From the NCBI GenBank assembly GCA_013239625.1, contig MU054466.1:806001-870000 (forward strand): 64,000 nucleotides of DNA. The letters are read 5' to 3'. Of the stretch, positions 15,599 through 26,727 are shown piece after piece. The stretch comes from Lama guanicoe (Eukaryota). The notes beneath the pieces were generated by a model. It had not been told where the DNA came from. It did no database searches and saw only the letters and a list, made by a program, of their open reading frames with translations. The position numbers and the translations under genes are program-made. Within the stretch, counting starts at the first letter, position 1; each line of letters starts with the position of its first letter.

Positions 15599-15653
15599 AT
15601 GTCGTCGTCCTTCTTCAACCCCAGCTTCGCCTTCAGCTCGCACTTCGACCCTG
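15599..15653 (+). CDS. AATK: AATK (LMTK1) coding exon 1
   Basis: gccATG TCG...: MSSSFFNPSFAFSSHFDP; donor G|GTGAGT. Confidence 0.95.
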
Positions 15654-17399
15654 GTGAGTCCGCTGGCCGCACCCCTTGCCAGCCCTCTGCCCGCTGCGGC
15701 TGCCCCTAACCTGCAGACTGCGGACATGATGCTTCCTGAGCCGCCGGTTTTCTGTTTTGCATGGAAATTAACCCTTTCCCCACTCTGAGCGGAGCCGCAA
15801 AAGGAACAGCTTTCTGGACAGGACCCCCTAGAGGCCCGGATCTGTGGCGGTGGGCAGGCCTTGGGGCTGGGACCTGCACAGCTGAGGCCTCCAGCAGCGC
15901 GGGTGGGCAGTGGGGGCACTGCCCTGTGTCCGTGGAAGCTTCCAGCTCAGGTAACTGGGGCAGGAGGGCCCGCATTGGCCCCAGTGTCCCGGGGAGGAGG
16001 TAGCCAGGACTAAGGGCCCTAGGAGGTGTGGGAGTGTGGCCCCCCAGGCCCAGGCTGCCATGGCCCCTTGCCGGCCTGCGGTCTTAGCGCGGGAGGCTCC
16101 TCCCAGGCTGGGAGCAGGCTCTGGGGAGCCCTGCCAGGCTACCCAGCCAACTGCATGGGGAGGTGGGAGTGGTGGTCAGCCCACAGGACAGAGCCCACTG
16201 GACAGCGGCGCAGCAGAGACGGGCCTTCATGGATGCCCAGGCCCTCGGGACAGAGAGGGAGGCCGAGGTGGTGCTGTCAAGCTAGTGGTAGGGGACCTGC
16301 GGCCTGGCCCCTTGTTCCGCCAGGCTGGTGGCCCTGGCAGCCTGCTTACTGGGGCTGCCTGCCCTCCTGGCAGCAGCTGGCATCTGTGGTGCTGGGCTTT
16401 CTCCCCTGTGCCTTCACCAGTCCTGCCCGCCCCCCGCCCCCTTGGCTCAAGTGAGAGAGAAACCCCTGCCCTGGAGCCATGGCCCAGGGGCCCAGGGGCC
16501 CACCCACATGTCACTGGGGCTCTGGCACAGGCTGCTCCAGCCAAAACAAAGCTGGGTGAGCACGTGACGGGCCCTGCTGGGTCCCCGTCCCTGAAGCAGG
16601 GCCCAGTTCGTGCAGTGATGCACAGGGTCCCCAGGGCATGGCCCTATCTGAATGCATTTGCTCCTGGCCGGGGAGCTGACAGCAAGTTCGTCTGCTGGGC
16701 GTAGGGTGTGGGTGTCACTCGCTCAGAAATGACTTCCCAAGGCGACTCTCAGGGCTTGGACAACACGGTGTCACCCGTGGATGGCCCAGAATCTGGCAGT
16801 GACAGCCCTGGCTGGGCTCTGAGGGTAGGGCTGGAAGTGGGGGTGGAGGTGGCCCTGCAGAGCAGTCCCAGGCCCAGACAACCTTTAGGTGTTCAGGTGG
16901 CTCCAGGCGGGTGTGCCAGGTGGGGTGGCTGCTGGCAGGCGAGGGTCCGACCTAGGAACCGTTGGCGGAGGCGGGTTGTATGAGCCAGGACTGACCCAGG
17001 GATGGGGCCCGCCCTCCCCCACGCCCTGCCTCTGTGCTCTCCGTGGGGCCTGGACTTACCTGTGTGCGTTCAGTTACCCTCCCCTGACACACACCGGCAG
17101 GAGACCCTTCCCCCATTTTCGAACAGAGCTTTGCTCCTCTTCAAATATTTGTCTAAACAGCTGTGATCAGTGTAATTATAATGTGTCAGTTTGAGGACTT
17201 ACAAGGGAAAAAGCTGGCAGGAGGCAAGGGGGTCTCCTCTTTGCAGGTGGAGTGAAGGGGAGAGCGGTGCCCCTTGGGGCGGGCCGCCCTAGATGGTGGT
17301 GATGGGTTGTGGGCTCGGCGCAGGCCTCCTGTTGGCCCCCACGTGGGCACTGGGGTGGAAGAGAGGTGGGGTCTCCTACCCTCCCGCTAAATGCCCAGT

Positions 17400-17560
17400 G
17401 TTCAGAGCCTGGCTCCCACTGCCTGGAGTCCCCCTGCCCAACGTTGCCTCCCTGAGCCTCAGTTTTCTCATTGGTAAAATGGGGTAGTGACACCTACCCA
17501 GCCCCCCGGGCTCTGTTAGGGGTGAAGGGCCTGGTGAAAACTTGGCACTCAATGAACACA
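17400..17560 (+). mobile_element. MIR SINE
   Basis: ctgagcctcagttttctcattggtaaaatggggtagtgacacctacc = MIR core; similar cores near 8640, 18565 and 30200 (+) and 38920 (-). Confidence 0.75.
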
Positions 17561-19804
17561 GACTGCTATTTTGGAGGGGGGTGGTGCATTCAGACAAGGC
17601 CACAGTGGCAGATGGCTTTCCTCCAAAGCAGAGCGAGATGGTTCTTTTTGAGGTTGGCTCCTGTCTAGGGGGCTACTTTGCTTGAAGTCCACCAAACTCA
17701 GAGGGCGGGGGACACTCATGTGCATGGCTCTCTTGGAGCTTGTTTCTGTGGTCACTCAACACTCAGGGGTGGACATAGTGACTCGGGCCCAGGAAGGGAG
17801 TCCTCACAATGTCACCAGGCCAGTTCTGCTGCCCACTGAGAGCTCTGCGTCCATCATGGGCTCTGTGGCATTTCCCATAGAGGTGGTGACAGTGGTGGCT
17901 GTTGCAGAGAGAGTGACGAGGGCTGAGGTTGAGGCCGAGGCCATGGGCACCCGCTTGAGGGGGCTGGGAGCCTCATTTTAACCCAGCGCCTGCCTAGGCC
18001 ACCTCTCCAACATGGGCAGGGCAGGCGGCTCGAGGGGGCCAGGCCCGAGTGTGTGCTCCTGGGGCGATGGGCCGGCGCAGGTGGGAGTCTGGAAGGGCTG
18101 CCTCCTCTGGGGTCCAGGATGTGTGTGACCCTGGGGGATTTCTGGGCAGTCACAGCCCTGTCACCTCGGTGCTGTGTAGCCTTGGGCCAGTCACTCAACC
18201 TCTCTGCCACTTAGCCTTGCATAGGTGGAACCTCACTCTGGGGAGACCAGGTGGGTGGTGCCTGGAAGCCAGGAATGGAGGGGTGATGAGGGTGCCCCAT
18301 GGGAGTCAGGAGCAGCGGCTGGGGGAGGGCGTGTGGCCTCGAGGGGGCAGCTGCAGCGCTCGGAGGCAGGGGACCGCCTTGTTCCTCACCCTGCCAGCCT
18401 CAGGCCGACCGTGTGCAGCCCAGGACCGCAGCAAGTGCCTGGCAGGTGCACCTCAATTCGAGCTCCGTGGTTTCTGGGCAGGAGCCCAGCGAATCCGGGG
18501 CTTGCCTGGGGACCCCCTGGGGTAGGTAGTGGACAAGCCCTTCCCCAAAGCTGCGGCCGCCTCCGTGCCTCAGTTTCTTAATCTGTAGGTGGGAATGACT
18601 GTGGTGCCCTCCGCTGAGGGTCCTGTGCAGATGGCTGGGGTCGGTGGTGTGGCACACTGAGTCAGGGCTAGTCCCTAGGTGGTGCCAGTCAAGCCTGACC
18701 CTGGGGCAAGGGTCACTGCGGGCCAGTCGGCCCGACCTGGAGTTTGGGGAAGTTCACAGAAGACAAGGCAGCCCCCCCAGCCCCTAGCCTCTCGGTCACA
18801 CTGCCCCCTGCCCATGTCCTCACCCTGTGCCTGGCCCCAGTGTGCGTGGCCCTGGTTCCGGGGTGAGCATGCCCGGGGACAGGGCAGAGGGAAGGGGCTC
18901 CGGCTGGGCAGGGGCTGAGCTGCCGGGGGACAGGTGCACCTGGGGACTTGAGGGCTGAGCAGGCACCCGAGAATGGGCTTGTGCGGCCCTGGGGGTCCCG
19001 CTCCCACGCTGATGGACACGTGCTGGCAGTGCGGCTGGAACTCGGTGACCCACTGCTGGCCGCCTGCTGCCCACGGGCCCTGGTTGAAGGCAGATGCTAC
19101 CTGGGCCCCCAGACGGCCTTTCCCAGACCGGCTCAGGCCTGGAGGGGGGCAGCAAGGGCCTGCTGTTTGACCAGGGTCACCTCTTCTGCCCGTACCTCGC
19201 CCCAGGGTGGAAGGTTTGCCTGGGGGTGGGTCTGTGGGGGGCGGGCCGGCTCAGGACCAGGGGTAGGTCACAGCCCCCCCTCCCCAGGGCAATTTCTCTG
19301 CATTCTGGCACATTCTCCAGGAAACCAGGCTGTGCCCTTCTCTCAAAGGGGCTGTTTCTCCCCCACGCACCCCTGCACCCACACAGCCCTGTGCAGCTCA
19401 CACATGCACTCACACCCGTGAACACACACGAACGCACACATGCTCACAGATGCTCTGACCTGTGTGTAAACGTGATACACACACAGCCTGGGCTGGGCCG
19501 TGGCCACTGTGGCCTCCTGGGTGGAGGTCAGGGTCGTGGCTAGGGGGAAGCCGGATCCCCTGCCTCACCCTTGGCCCTCAGCCACCCCCACTGCCTCTCA
19601 CTTTAGTTGGTGGAATGAGTCACAGAGTCACGGTGGCCTGAGGCTTGGGGAGCCTGGAGCCGTCTCTCCTGGTGGCTGTCACCTGGTCACCTTTTCCTGA
19701 GGGTGGGCCGTACCTGGCCCCTCCACCTGCAGTCACTGCCCCTGACCAGTCTCCGTCCAGGGAAACGTACTCCTCCCCGTGCCCCACCTTCCCTAGCTCG
19801 AGGG

Positions 19805-20185
19805 GCTCCTGGGTGGACTAGCGTTCCCCCAGATTCATGCCCACCCAGAACCTCAGGACAGGAGCCTGTTTGGAAATACGGTACTTGGAGCTGTGGTAAG
19901 TTAAGATGAAGTCATCCTGTATCCTGGTGGCCTAAATCCACATCTGGGGTCCTTATGAGAGAGCAGAGAGAGATTCGGGGGGGCATCCAGTTCCCCATGA
20001 TGTTGAGGGCAGAGCTGGGGTGATGCGGTCTTGAGCCAAGGATGCCCGGGGCCTCCAGAAGCTGAAAGAGGCAGGAAGGGTCGTGCCCTGTAGCCCCTGG
20101 AGGGCGCGTGGCCCTGATGTGGAACGTCCAGCCTCAGGACGTCGGACACTACACGTGCATCGTAACAGCAGCTCTGGACACTTCT
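19805..20185 (+). mobile_element. MaLR solo LTR (MLT1B/C-like)
   Basis: cccagaacctcag...tgtttggaaata...taagttaagatgaagtcat...cctaaatcca...gtccttatgaga...agccaaggatgcc...ccagaagctgaaagaggcaggaagg. Confidence 0.8.
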
Positions 20186-21747
20186 GCAGGGCAGCTGTCA
20201 GCCCGTGGGATCTGGGCTGGGGCCGAGCCGGCCTCTGCCTTCACGCCTGCCTCCATCTCCTCTGTGTAAACTGGGGCAGCCCTACCCACCTTGAGGTGTC
20301 TGGCAAAAAGCACCGTAACACGTGTGCAGGCGACTCAGAACACACGAGCTTGCTGGACCGCGGTGTGCTGGGACGGCAGCTGCGGCCCCAGGCAGCGCCC
20401 TCGTCCGGGCACCTGGGGCCTCGCTCCCTGGCCTCCAGCTGCCTCTCGGGAGGAACCAGCAGCAGCAGGACGGGCAGCCTGTGGCCTCCCCGCCCCCGGC
20501 AAAGGAAGCGGCGGAGGAAACGAGGGCGGAGGACGCCGGGCTGGAGCCAGCTCCCAGGCGGCCTGGCCCGACCGTTGCGGTAGGCAGTGTCCACGCTGAG
20601 CCCTGCCTTCCTCTACCAGGGTGGGCGGGGGGCAGGGGCCGGGGTGCCCCAGGGTCAGGGAAGTTCTTCTGCTCAGGACGACTCTGGGGTTAGAGCGGCA
20701 GTCGCAGCCACGCGGGAGCAGCACCCAGAGCTGGGTAGGTGGGGGCTTCGGGGAGGACGCGGGCTCTCCCAGTCCAGCCTGGGGGCCGGGGGTGGGAGGA
20801 TGGGGGCCAGTCCTCGCAGGGCCCCGGCCCCTGCTCTGGGTCTACCGGAGGAAGTGGCATGACAGGAGTGGGCAGGGCCAGTGCAGTGGAAGTTCTGGGC
20901 CACCTGAGGGTCACCTGTCACAGGTGAGGTGAGGTAGCAGGATGCTGGCCAGGAGGGTGGGGCGGGGCCCCTCAGGTCACCTCTCAGGGTGGGATGTGGC
21001 TGGGCCTGGCCTTGCTCAACCCTGGTGAGGGTGTGCTGGTGTTGTCTTGTCCTGCCAAGGAAGGGCTGGGTGCACGGCACCAGGCAGCCCTCGCCAGCTG
21101 GCCTCGGGGTGTCCAGGGACACAGCCTGCCTGTTGACGTGAGCCAGGTCAGCAGCAGGGGGGCCTGAGTCCCAGCCCCCAACTCTGCTGTCACCCCTGCG
21201 CTGAGGCCAGCCTGGGCGGTGGGTGGGAGGTGGTGCTAAGGACGCTGGCTGGTGTCATGAGGAGCCCTCACTGGGATGGGGGTGGTCTACTCTCTGGTCC
21301 CGCTGTCTTCAAATGCTTAATGACGTTGGACAGGGGCCTCCTGGTCCCACTTCGCCCTGAGCCCCGCACGTTCTGCAGCTGGTCCTACTCGGGGCTGCCT
21401 GTCCAGCCTCCGGCCCCGCTGGGAGGCGTCACTTGTAGAGGGATGCTGTGACTGTGTGACGGGCTGGCTCCCGGGTAGGTGGTCCTCTCCACCTGCTGTG
21501 GGGCCCACCCAGGTGTCCTCACGCCCCTCGGAAGGAGGAACCCCCGGTTTCCGGGACGCACCACCGCCCACCCCTAGGACGTATGTGGGAACACCTGACT
21601 GGTCCCACTGGGCCTCAGGCCTGAGGTCGCTCCCTGAGGACCGCGTGCCACCCTGTGGCCTGGCCCGGCGGCTCCTCGGCACCACCGTGGACGGGCACGG
21701 CCTCCTGCCGGCGCTGGGCACTCTGCCGCGGCCTCTCCCTCCGTCCC

Positions 21748-22300
21748 TGACAGCTTTGTTGAGTTGAAATTCACGTACTGTACAACTCGCCCGTCCACCT
21801 GGTGATGTTCGCTGTATATACGGAAGCGTGCAGCCACCCCCACCGGCAGCTCTGGAGGACTTTGGCCAGCCCCCCAGCCCCACCGGCAGCTCCTCAGCTA
21901 CTTCCTGTCTCCAGCCGCGTCTGTGTGGACGTTGCCCCCGAGTCACTGGACGGGCTGTGGGCAGCGGGCCCGGGTCTCAGGGCAGCTTTCGTGGAGGCCG
22001 CGGGCTGGGCTGCCCCACAAGCCCCCGCCCAGCTCTGGGTGTCGCGGCCGTGTCCCTGCGGCTGTTCTGGGAGCTCCGCGGGCAGCCGGACTCGCCCTCC
22101 CGGGGCTTGTTGGCTCTTTGGAGTCATCTTCTGGGGTGGCCCCGTGAGCCAGGCCTGCCCAGCTGTGGGTGCTACTTACACATCCGGGGACCGAGCCTCG
22201 GTCGGGGGCGCGCGTCGGGCCGGGTGTGCCCGTCTCAGCCGGCTCGCCGGACCGGGGCCCGGGGCGCGGGGCTCGCGGGTGCCGCGGGCGCGCGTCTTTC
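21748..22300 (-). mobile_element. Degraded, GC-shifted L1M 3' fragment
   Basis: Starts acagctttgttgagttgaaattcacgtactgtacaactcgcccgt (antisense L1MB 3' end); downstream similarity is faint and the right boundary is uncertain. Confidence 0.5.
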
Positions 22301-23594
22301 CCGGTCCGTGCTCGGTGGTGTCGGGCTGGTGGCGGAGACGGGCTTCTGTGACAGGATTTGCACCACAGGAGCCGGCAGAGGCTACGCGTAGAAACCGCTC
22401 CTTCCTTCTCTTTGGTCCGGAGAGGTGATGTTAACGTTTACCAGCGCACGTGGGTGAAGGCCGTCCTGTTAATCCCAGGAAGCTGCCTGGAGCCCTGCTG
22501 GTGTGAGGCAGGCACCCCCGGACGCACGTTCTGGCCCCTGGGGATGAGTGACTCAAAGGAGTGGTCCCGCTGCCTCTGGGGGCCACTCAGCCCTGGGGGC
22601 GGCTTCTGGGTGGGGCCTGCTCAGGGCGGCGGGGGCAGGGTCGGGGCTCCTTCTGCCCGGCCCCCCGCAGTCCTGTGCACGCCTGAAGCTGTCCCTGCGG
22701 CCCAGCTCCCCCGGCCCGCCTCACCGCCATCTCTGCCCCCAGCGGGGTCCAGGCAGAGCGCTGGAGGCCAGGACGGCGGGAGGCCCTGGGCTCGGGCTGC
22801 CGGCCTGTCCCCTAGCAGCTGGTGCTGGAGCGCGGCCAGCGCGCCGGACTCTGTTCTGTTCTTCCTCCTTCGACGGGCGGCCCCGCCAGTCCTGTCTGAG
22901 CTGACTGCGGCGCGGTGCCTTCCTGCGGGGCTCCCTGGGTCTGGCTGGCCACCTGTAGGTTTCCTCCTGGGTGAGTCCGAGCCTGGCCGCCTCCAGCCTC
23001 TGCCCAGCTGCTCCCCTGCCGCACCCCCACCCCCCTATGCTTGGGAGAGGGACTCATTCAGGATCCTCGGGACAGCCCCGTGCTCCGCAGGTGTCAGGGC
23101 AGGGTCCCCAGGTGAACAAGATGGGCAGGCCCTGGCCTCCTGAGGGGCCACCCCTCAGGCCCTTGGGGAGGTTGGGAGCCGAAGGATGTGCACATGGTGG
23201 AGGGACCAGCAAATGGAGGGTGGGGGCCACATGGGAGGATGTTTGTGCTGGGGGACATCTCGGTGGGAACAGCCCCAGGAACAGAGAGGCGGGGCCCTGG
23301 TGCCCGTGTGCCCAGTTCTCACCCAGACCCCGCTGAGCTGCCCCTGCTGTGGGCTTCTTGGTCATTTGGGGGGGCGGGTCGAGGGCATCCTGGGTGCCCA
23401 CCTTGCCCGAGGACTGGCCTTGGGGTGGGTCCCAGGGCGTCTGGGAAAGAGTGGAGCGGCCTCTGGTGGTGGTGGTGATCAGCTGGGCCAGCTGTGTCAC
23501 AGGCTGGCAGAAGGGATGTCACTCACGGTGCTGAGGTTCCAGTGTGTTCGTATCCATTGCTGGTCCCAGAAGTGTCCGCCCCCCGAACTGTGAG

Positions 23595-23835
23595 CACGTG
23601 CTTCAGGAAGCACGTGTGAGGACACGTCTCCTGGTGTAAGAGGTGTGTGCCTGTGAGTGGGTGCGACGTGTGTGTGATTGCTGGGAGCCTGTGGGTGCGT
23701 GTGTCAGTGTGTGAGTGTGAGCTTGGGCGTGGGGGTCCGAGCACAGGTGAGGACGGAGGAGGCAGTGTGCGCCCACGCAGAAACGTGACAGCATCTGTGT
23801 GCACGTGTGCGAGGACGTGGGGACGTGTGTATGTG
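23595..23835. repeat. Degenerate (GT)-rich low-complexity tract
   Basis: Repeated gtgtgt/gtgcg units. Confidence 0.6.
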
Positions 23836-25514
23836 TTCCCTCCCCCGTTCCCCGGCCCCGTGGGCCCCCATCTAGGACTCTGGGTGACGTCATGGCTCCT
23901 GACCCCTGTGGGCGGCTGGTCGGCTGACACCAGCCACGTTGACTGTCCAGCCACCCTCTGAGGCTCTGTGGTCCGGGGTCTGGGAAAGAACCCTCCCGTG
24001 TTGGCAGCTGCCATGACCCTCGTGACCCAGGGGACCTGAGGGGGTGGTGCCTCCCAGAGGCTTGTTCGTGTGTGAATTGGGCTTCGACACTGAAGCGCAG
24101 CCGTCGGACCCCTCGGGGAGGCGGGCGTGCTGGGGCCTAGGGGCCAGTGCGTCTGAGCAGTCAGGTCTCTGGTTTCTGTGTCCATCTGAGCTCAGGGATC
24201 TGGGGGAGGAGGACACGGGTGGGCCTGGGTCCTGCCTGGGAGGCGCCACATGTGTGCCGTAACCTGCGTCCCTCCCCCCACCGGGCAGAGGGTGGCTGCA
24301 TCCCTGCTGGCGGGTTCTGCTCCTCACATGTGGGTCCTGGGCCCTCGGGCAGACCTCCACCAAGAAGTGCCCAGGCCCCCCAGCGCTGGCTCTGCCTCCT
24401 GGCTGGCAGGTGGGATCGTGGTCGCCCCGGAGCTGTGCTTGCCTCCTGCCCTGGAAGCCCCAGAATCCTGCTCCTCGCTCCAGCTGGAGGCCAGGGGGTA
24501 TGAGGGGCAAATGCTGGGCCGCTTGGGCTGCGCCGGACCTTGGCCCTGGTGGCCTGGGCGCTTGGACCTCCACCTTTCACGCTGGCCACTGGCCTCGGCC
24601 TTGTAACCCAGAGAGCACCCGCCCAGGTTGCACAACTCCTTCCTGCCCGAGATCCTGTTGCATCACTGGGCGGGCTTTAGGGGTGGGGGCGCTGGTGCCG
24701 GGATGTCCTCAGATGCCCGGTCAAGGCCCCGCCCAGACCTGCTGGTGACCCCAAGTGTGATGAGCCTCATAGGCTGCAGACCCCTGAGGAGGTCAGGCAG
24801 GGCCTGGCCATGGCGTGGGGTGGGGGGTCAGTGGCCTGGGTGGGGCTGGACGTGGGGAAGGGGCAAGAGGAATCCGGGAGCAGCTGGGGTCTCCCTCTGG
24901 GGAGGGGTGGGAGGGGCCCAGGGAGCAGGTTTGTCTGGAGGGGGTCACAGACTCCACGCCGGGTTTGGGTTGAGATGCTCAAGTTCACCCAGGGGAAGGG
25001 CCAGGGCTGGGTGGCCACTGGGGTCTGGGGCTCCATAGGAAGTGCTGGGGACCAGGGTGTGGCTAGGGCCCTGATGGGGTCAGGAAGAGGGTGCAGGCTG
25101 AGCCTGGGCCCGCGATGAGGGGTCCAGCCCAGGACAGTGAAGGGGGCTGCTGAGGAAGTGGAGGGTGTGGGGGCCACCCCAGGACCCAGAATGCAGCCTG
25201 GCCTGCTGTCTGTCCTGCGTCCTGGCCTTGAGCCCTCGGAGGGGGTCCACTGACCTCTGGATGGCTGGACTCACTGCCCCTTCTCTTGCCGGGTCAAGGC
25301 CACCTCCACCTTCCATCTCTGTGTCCCCGTCGCTTCCCTGGGGAAACCGTGCTGACATCTGGCCCGGTGCCCCCCCCCTCGTGCAGTTTGAGTGTGGGGT
25401 GGAGGGCAGAGGCCCGGGGCGACCAGCGCAGGGTCTGGGCTCTGTTCTGTGTACACTGAAGCCGTGGGGGTCTTTAAAGACAGGGGTGACGGAGCTGGGT
25501 GTGAGTGAGAGAGA

Positions 25515-25830
25515 AAATCACACACATTTGATTCTAGACGCAGCACGTACTTGTAGGAAACATGGACGGCGGAGGCAGCCAGGAGGTACTTGCTGCCCAG
25601 AATTCTGCCACCCAAGACAAGCACTGCTGACATTTTGAGATATTTTCTTCCAGTTTATTTTTTGGATGTGACTGTGATCAGGATTTATAAATAGTTCTGT
25701 GTCCTCTGTCTTGTTTTCAGCTCTACTGAGGTCTGATGGAAGTAGACTCAGCTGTGCATGTTTCAAGGGCGCGATCTGATGGGTTTTGGCATACGGGCAC
25801 GTCACAACCCATGAAATGCATGTATTTCCG
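25515..25830 (-). mobile_element. Old L1 3' fragments (L1MC/ME- and L1MB-like)
   Basis: aattctgccacccaagacaagcactgctgacattttg...ttcttccag; ttcagctctactgaggt...tgtttcaagggcgcgatctgatgggttttggcatac. Confidence 0.55.
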
Positions 25831-26602
25831 TGTATCTGGGAGACCCTGTGAACCCTTGACCTGAGTCAGAGCCAGACAGTAAGCGTTTGCACTGAGCTCA
25901 AAGGCCTCCTTGTGCACCTGCTTCTTCTTACAACAAGCATGATGTCGCTGTTGCCCCGTTTATTTCAAACACCTTAAATTGCTCTCTCGGGGTTCTCTAG
26001 TGGCTGTGCCGTTGTTTTTACGGACTCCTTCTTTTATTGTGACTCTTTATGCTGGTTCCTACTCGGGAACCCCCCCCCCACTGGAGCATCCCTGTGCACG
26101 GCGGCCCCTGCCTGCGGCGGCGATGTGCCCCACCTCAGTTTTCACTCTGGGTTTGTGCGCCCTCCACCCAGGCTGTTCTGTCAGGCGAAGTTCCCAGACC
26201 AGGAACTGCTCGGCCAGGTGCCGGCAGGTCTCGCAGGTCCCGCGTGCCCACCTCTGCCCGCCCGCGCCCCAGCCCTGGCCCCCTGCAGCGCCAGGCCCCG
26301 GGGCTGGGCTGGGCTGGGCTGCGAGAGCGCGGTGCTGGGGAAGCCGGGTCCTGTCTCCTTTCGTTCCTTCAATCAAGGACGAGGCTACGCGTTTTCTGGG
26401 GGCTGGATGAGCTCTGCTTCCGTGTTTGTGGGCCGACTGCCTTCGCCTTGCTTGTTGATGTTTTGGGGCCTGGAAGGGTTTTTTAATCTTTTTTGCTGAC
26501 TGTGTGTTCTCAGGAGCGGTGACATTAGTCCTCAACAAATTTTCTGTTTCTGGTTTGCGGTTTGCCTTTAACTTGGGGCTTTTATTGAATGTATTAAAAC
26601 CA

Positions 26603-26727
26603 TTTTTTATTGTGTTTCTTAGAAGAGGGGTAATTAGGTGTATTTATTTTCTAACGAAGGTGCTGGGGACTGAGCCCAGGACCTCGTGCGCACTAGACAC
26701 GTGTTCTCCCGCTGAGCCGCACCCCCC
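26603..26727 (-). mobile_element. tRNA-derived SINE resembling camelid vic-1
   Basis: Minus strand reads GGGGGGTGCGGCTCAGCGGGAGAACACGTGTCTAGTGCGCACGAGGTCCTGGGCTCAGTCCCCAGCACC...AAATAAATACACCTAATTACCCC + A-rich tail (A/B-box head and camelid-type tail). Confidence 0.75.

Larger units (their letters stand above)
14570..15730. promoter_or_regulatory. CpG island / AATK main promoter
   Basis: Very high GC and CpG density with GC boxes; YY1-like CAAGATGGCG (14628-14637); MEF2-like CAAAAATAG (14793-14801); D-box GTTATGTAA just upstream (14516-14524); overlaps AATK exon 1. Confidence 0.85.

Noticed and set aside
14535-15919. Long ORFs spanning the N gap
   Set aside because: Artefacts of translating through 190 N in a CpG island
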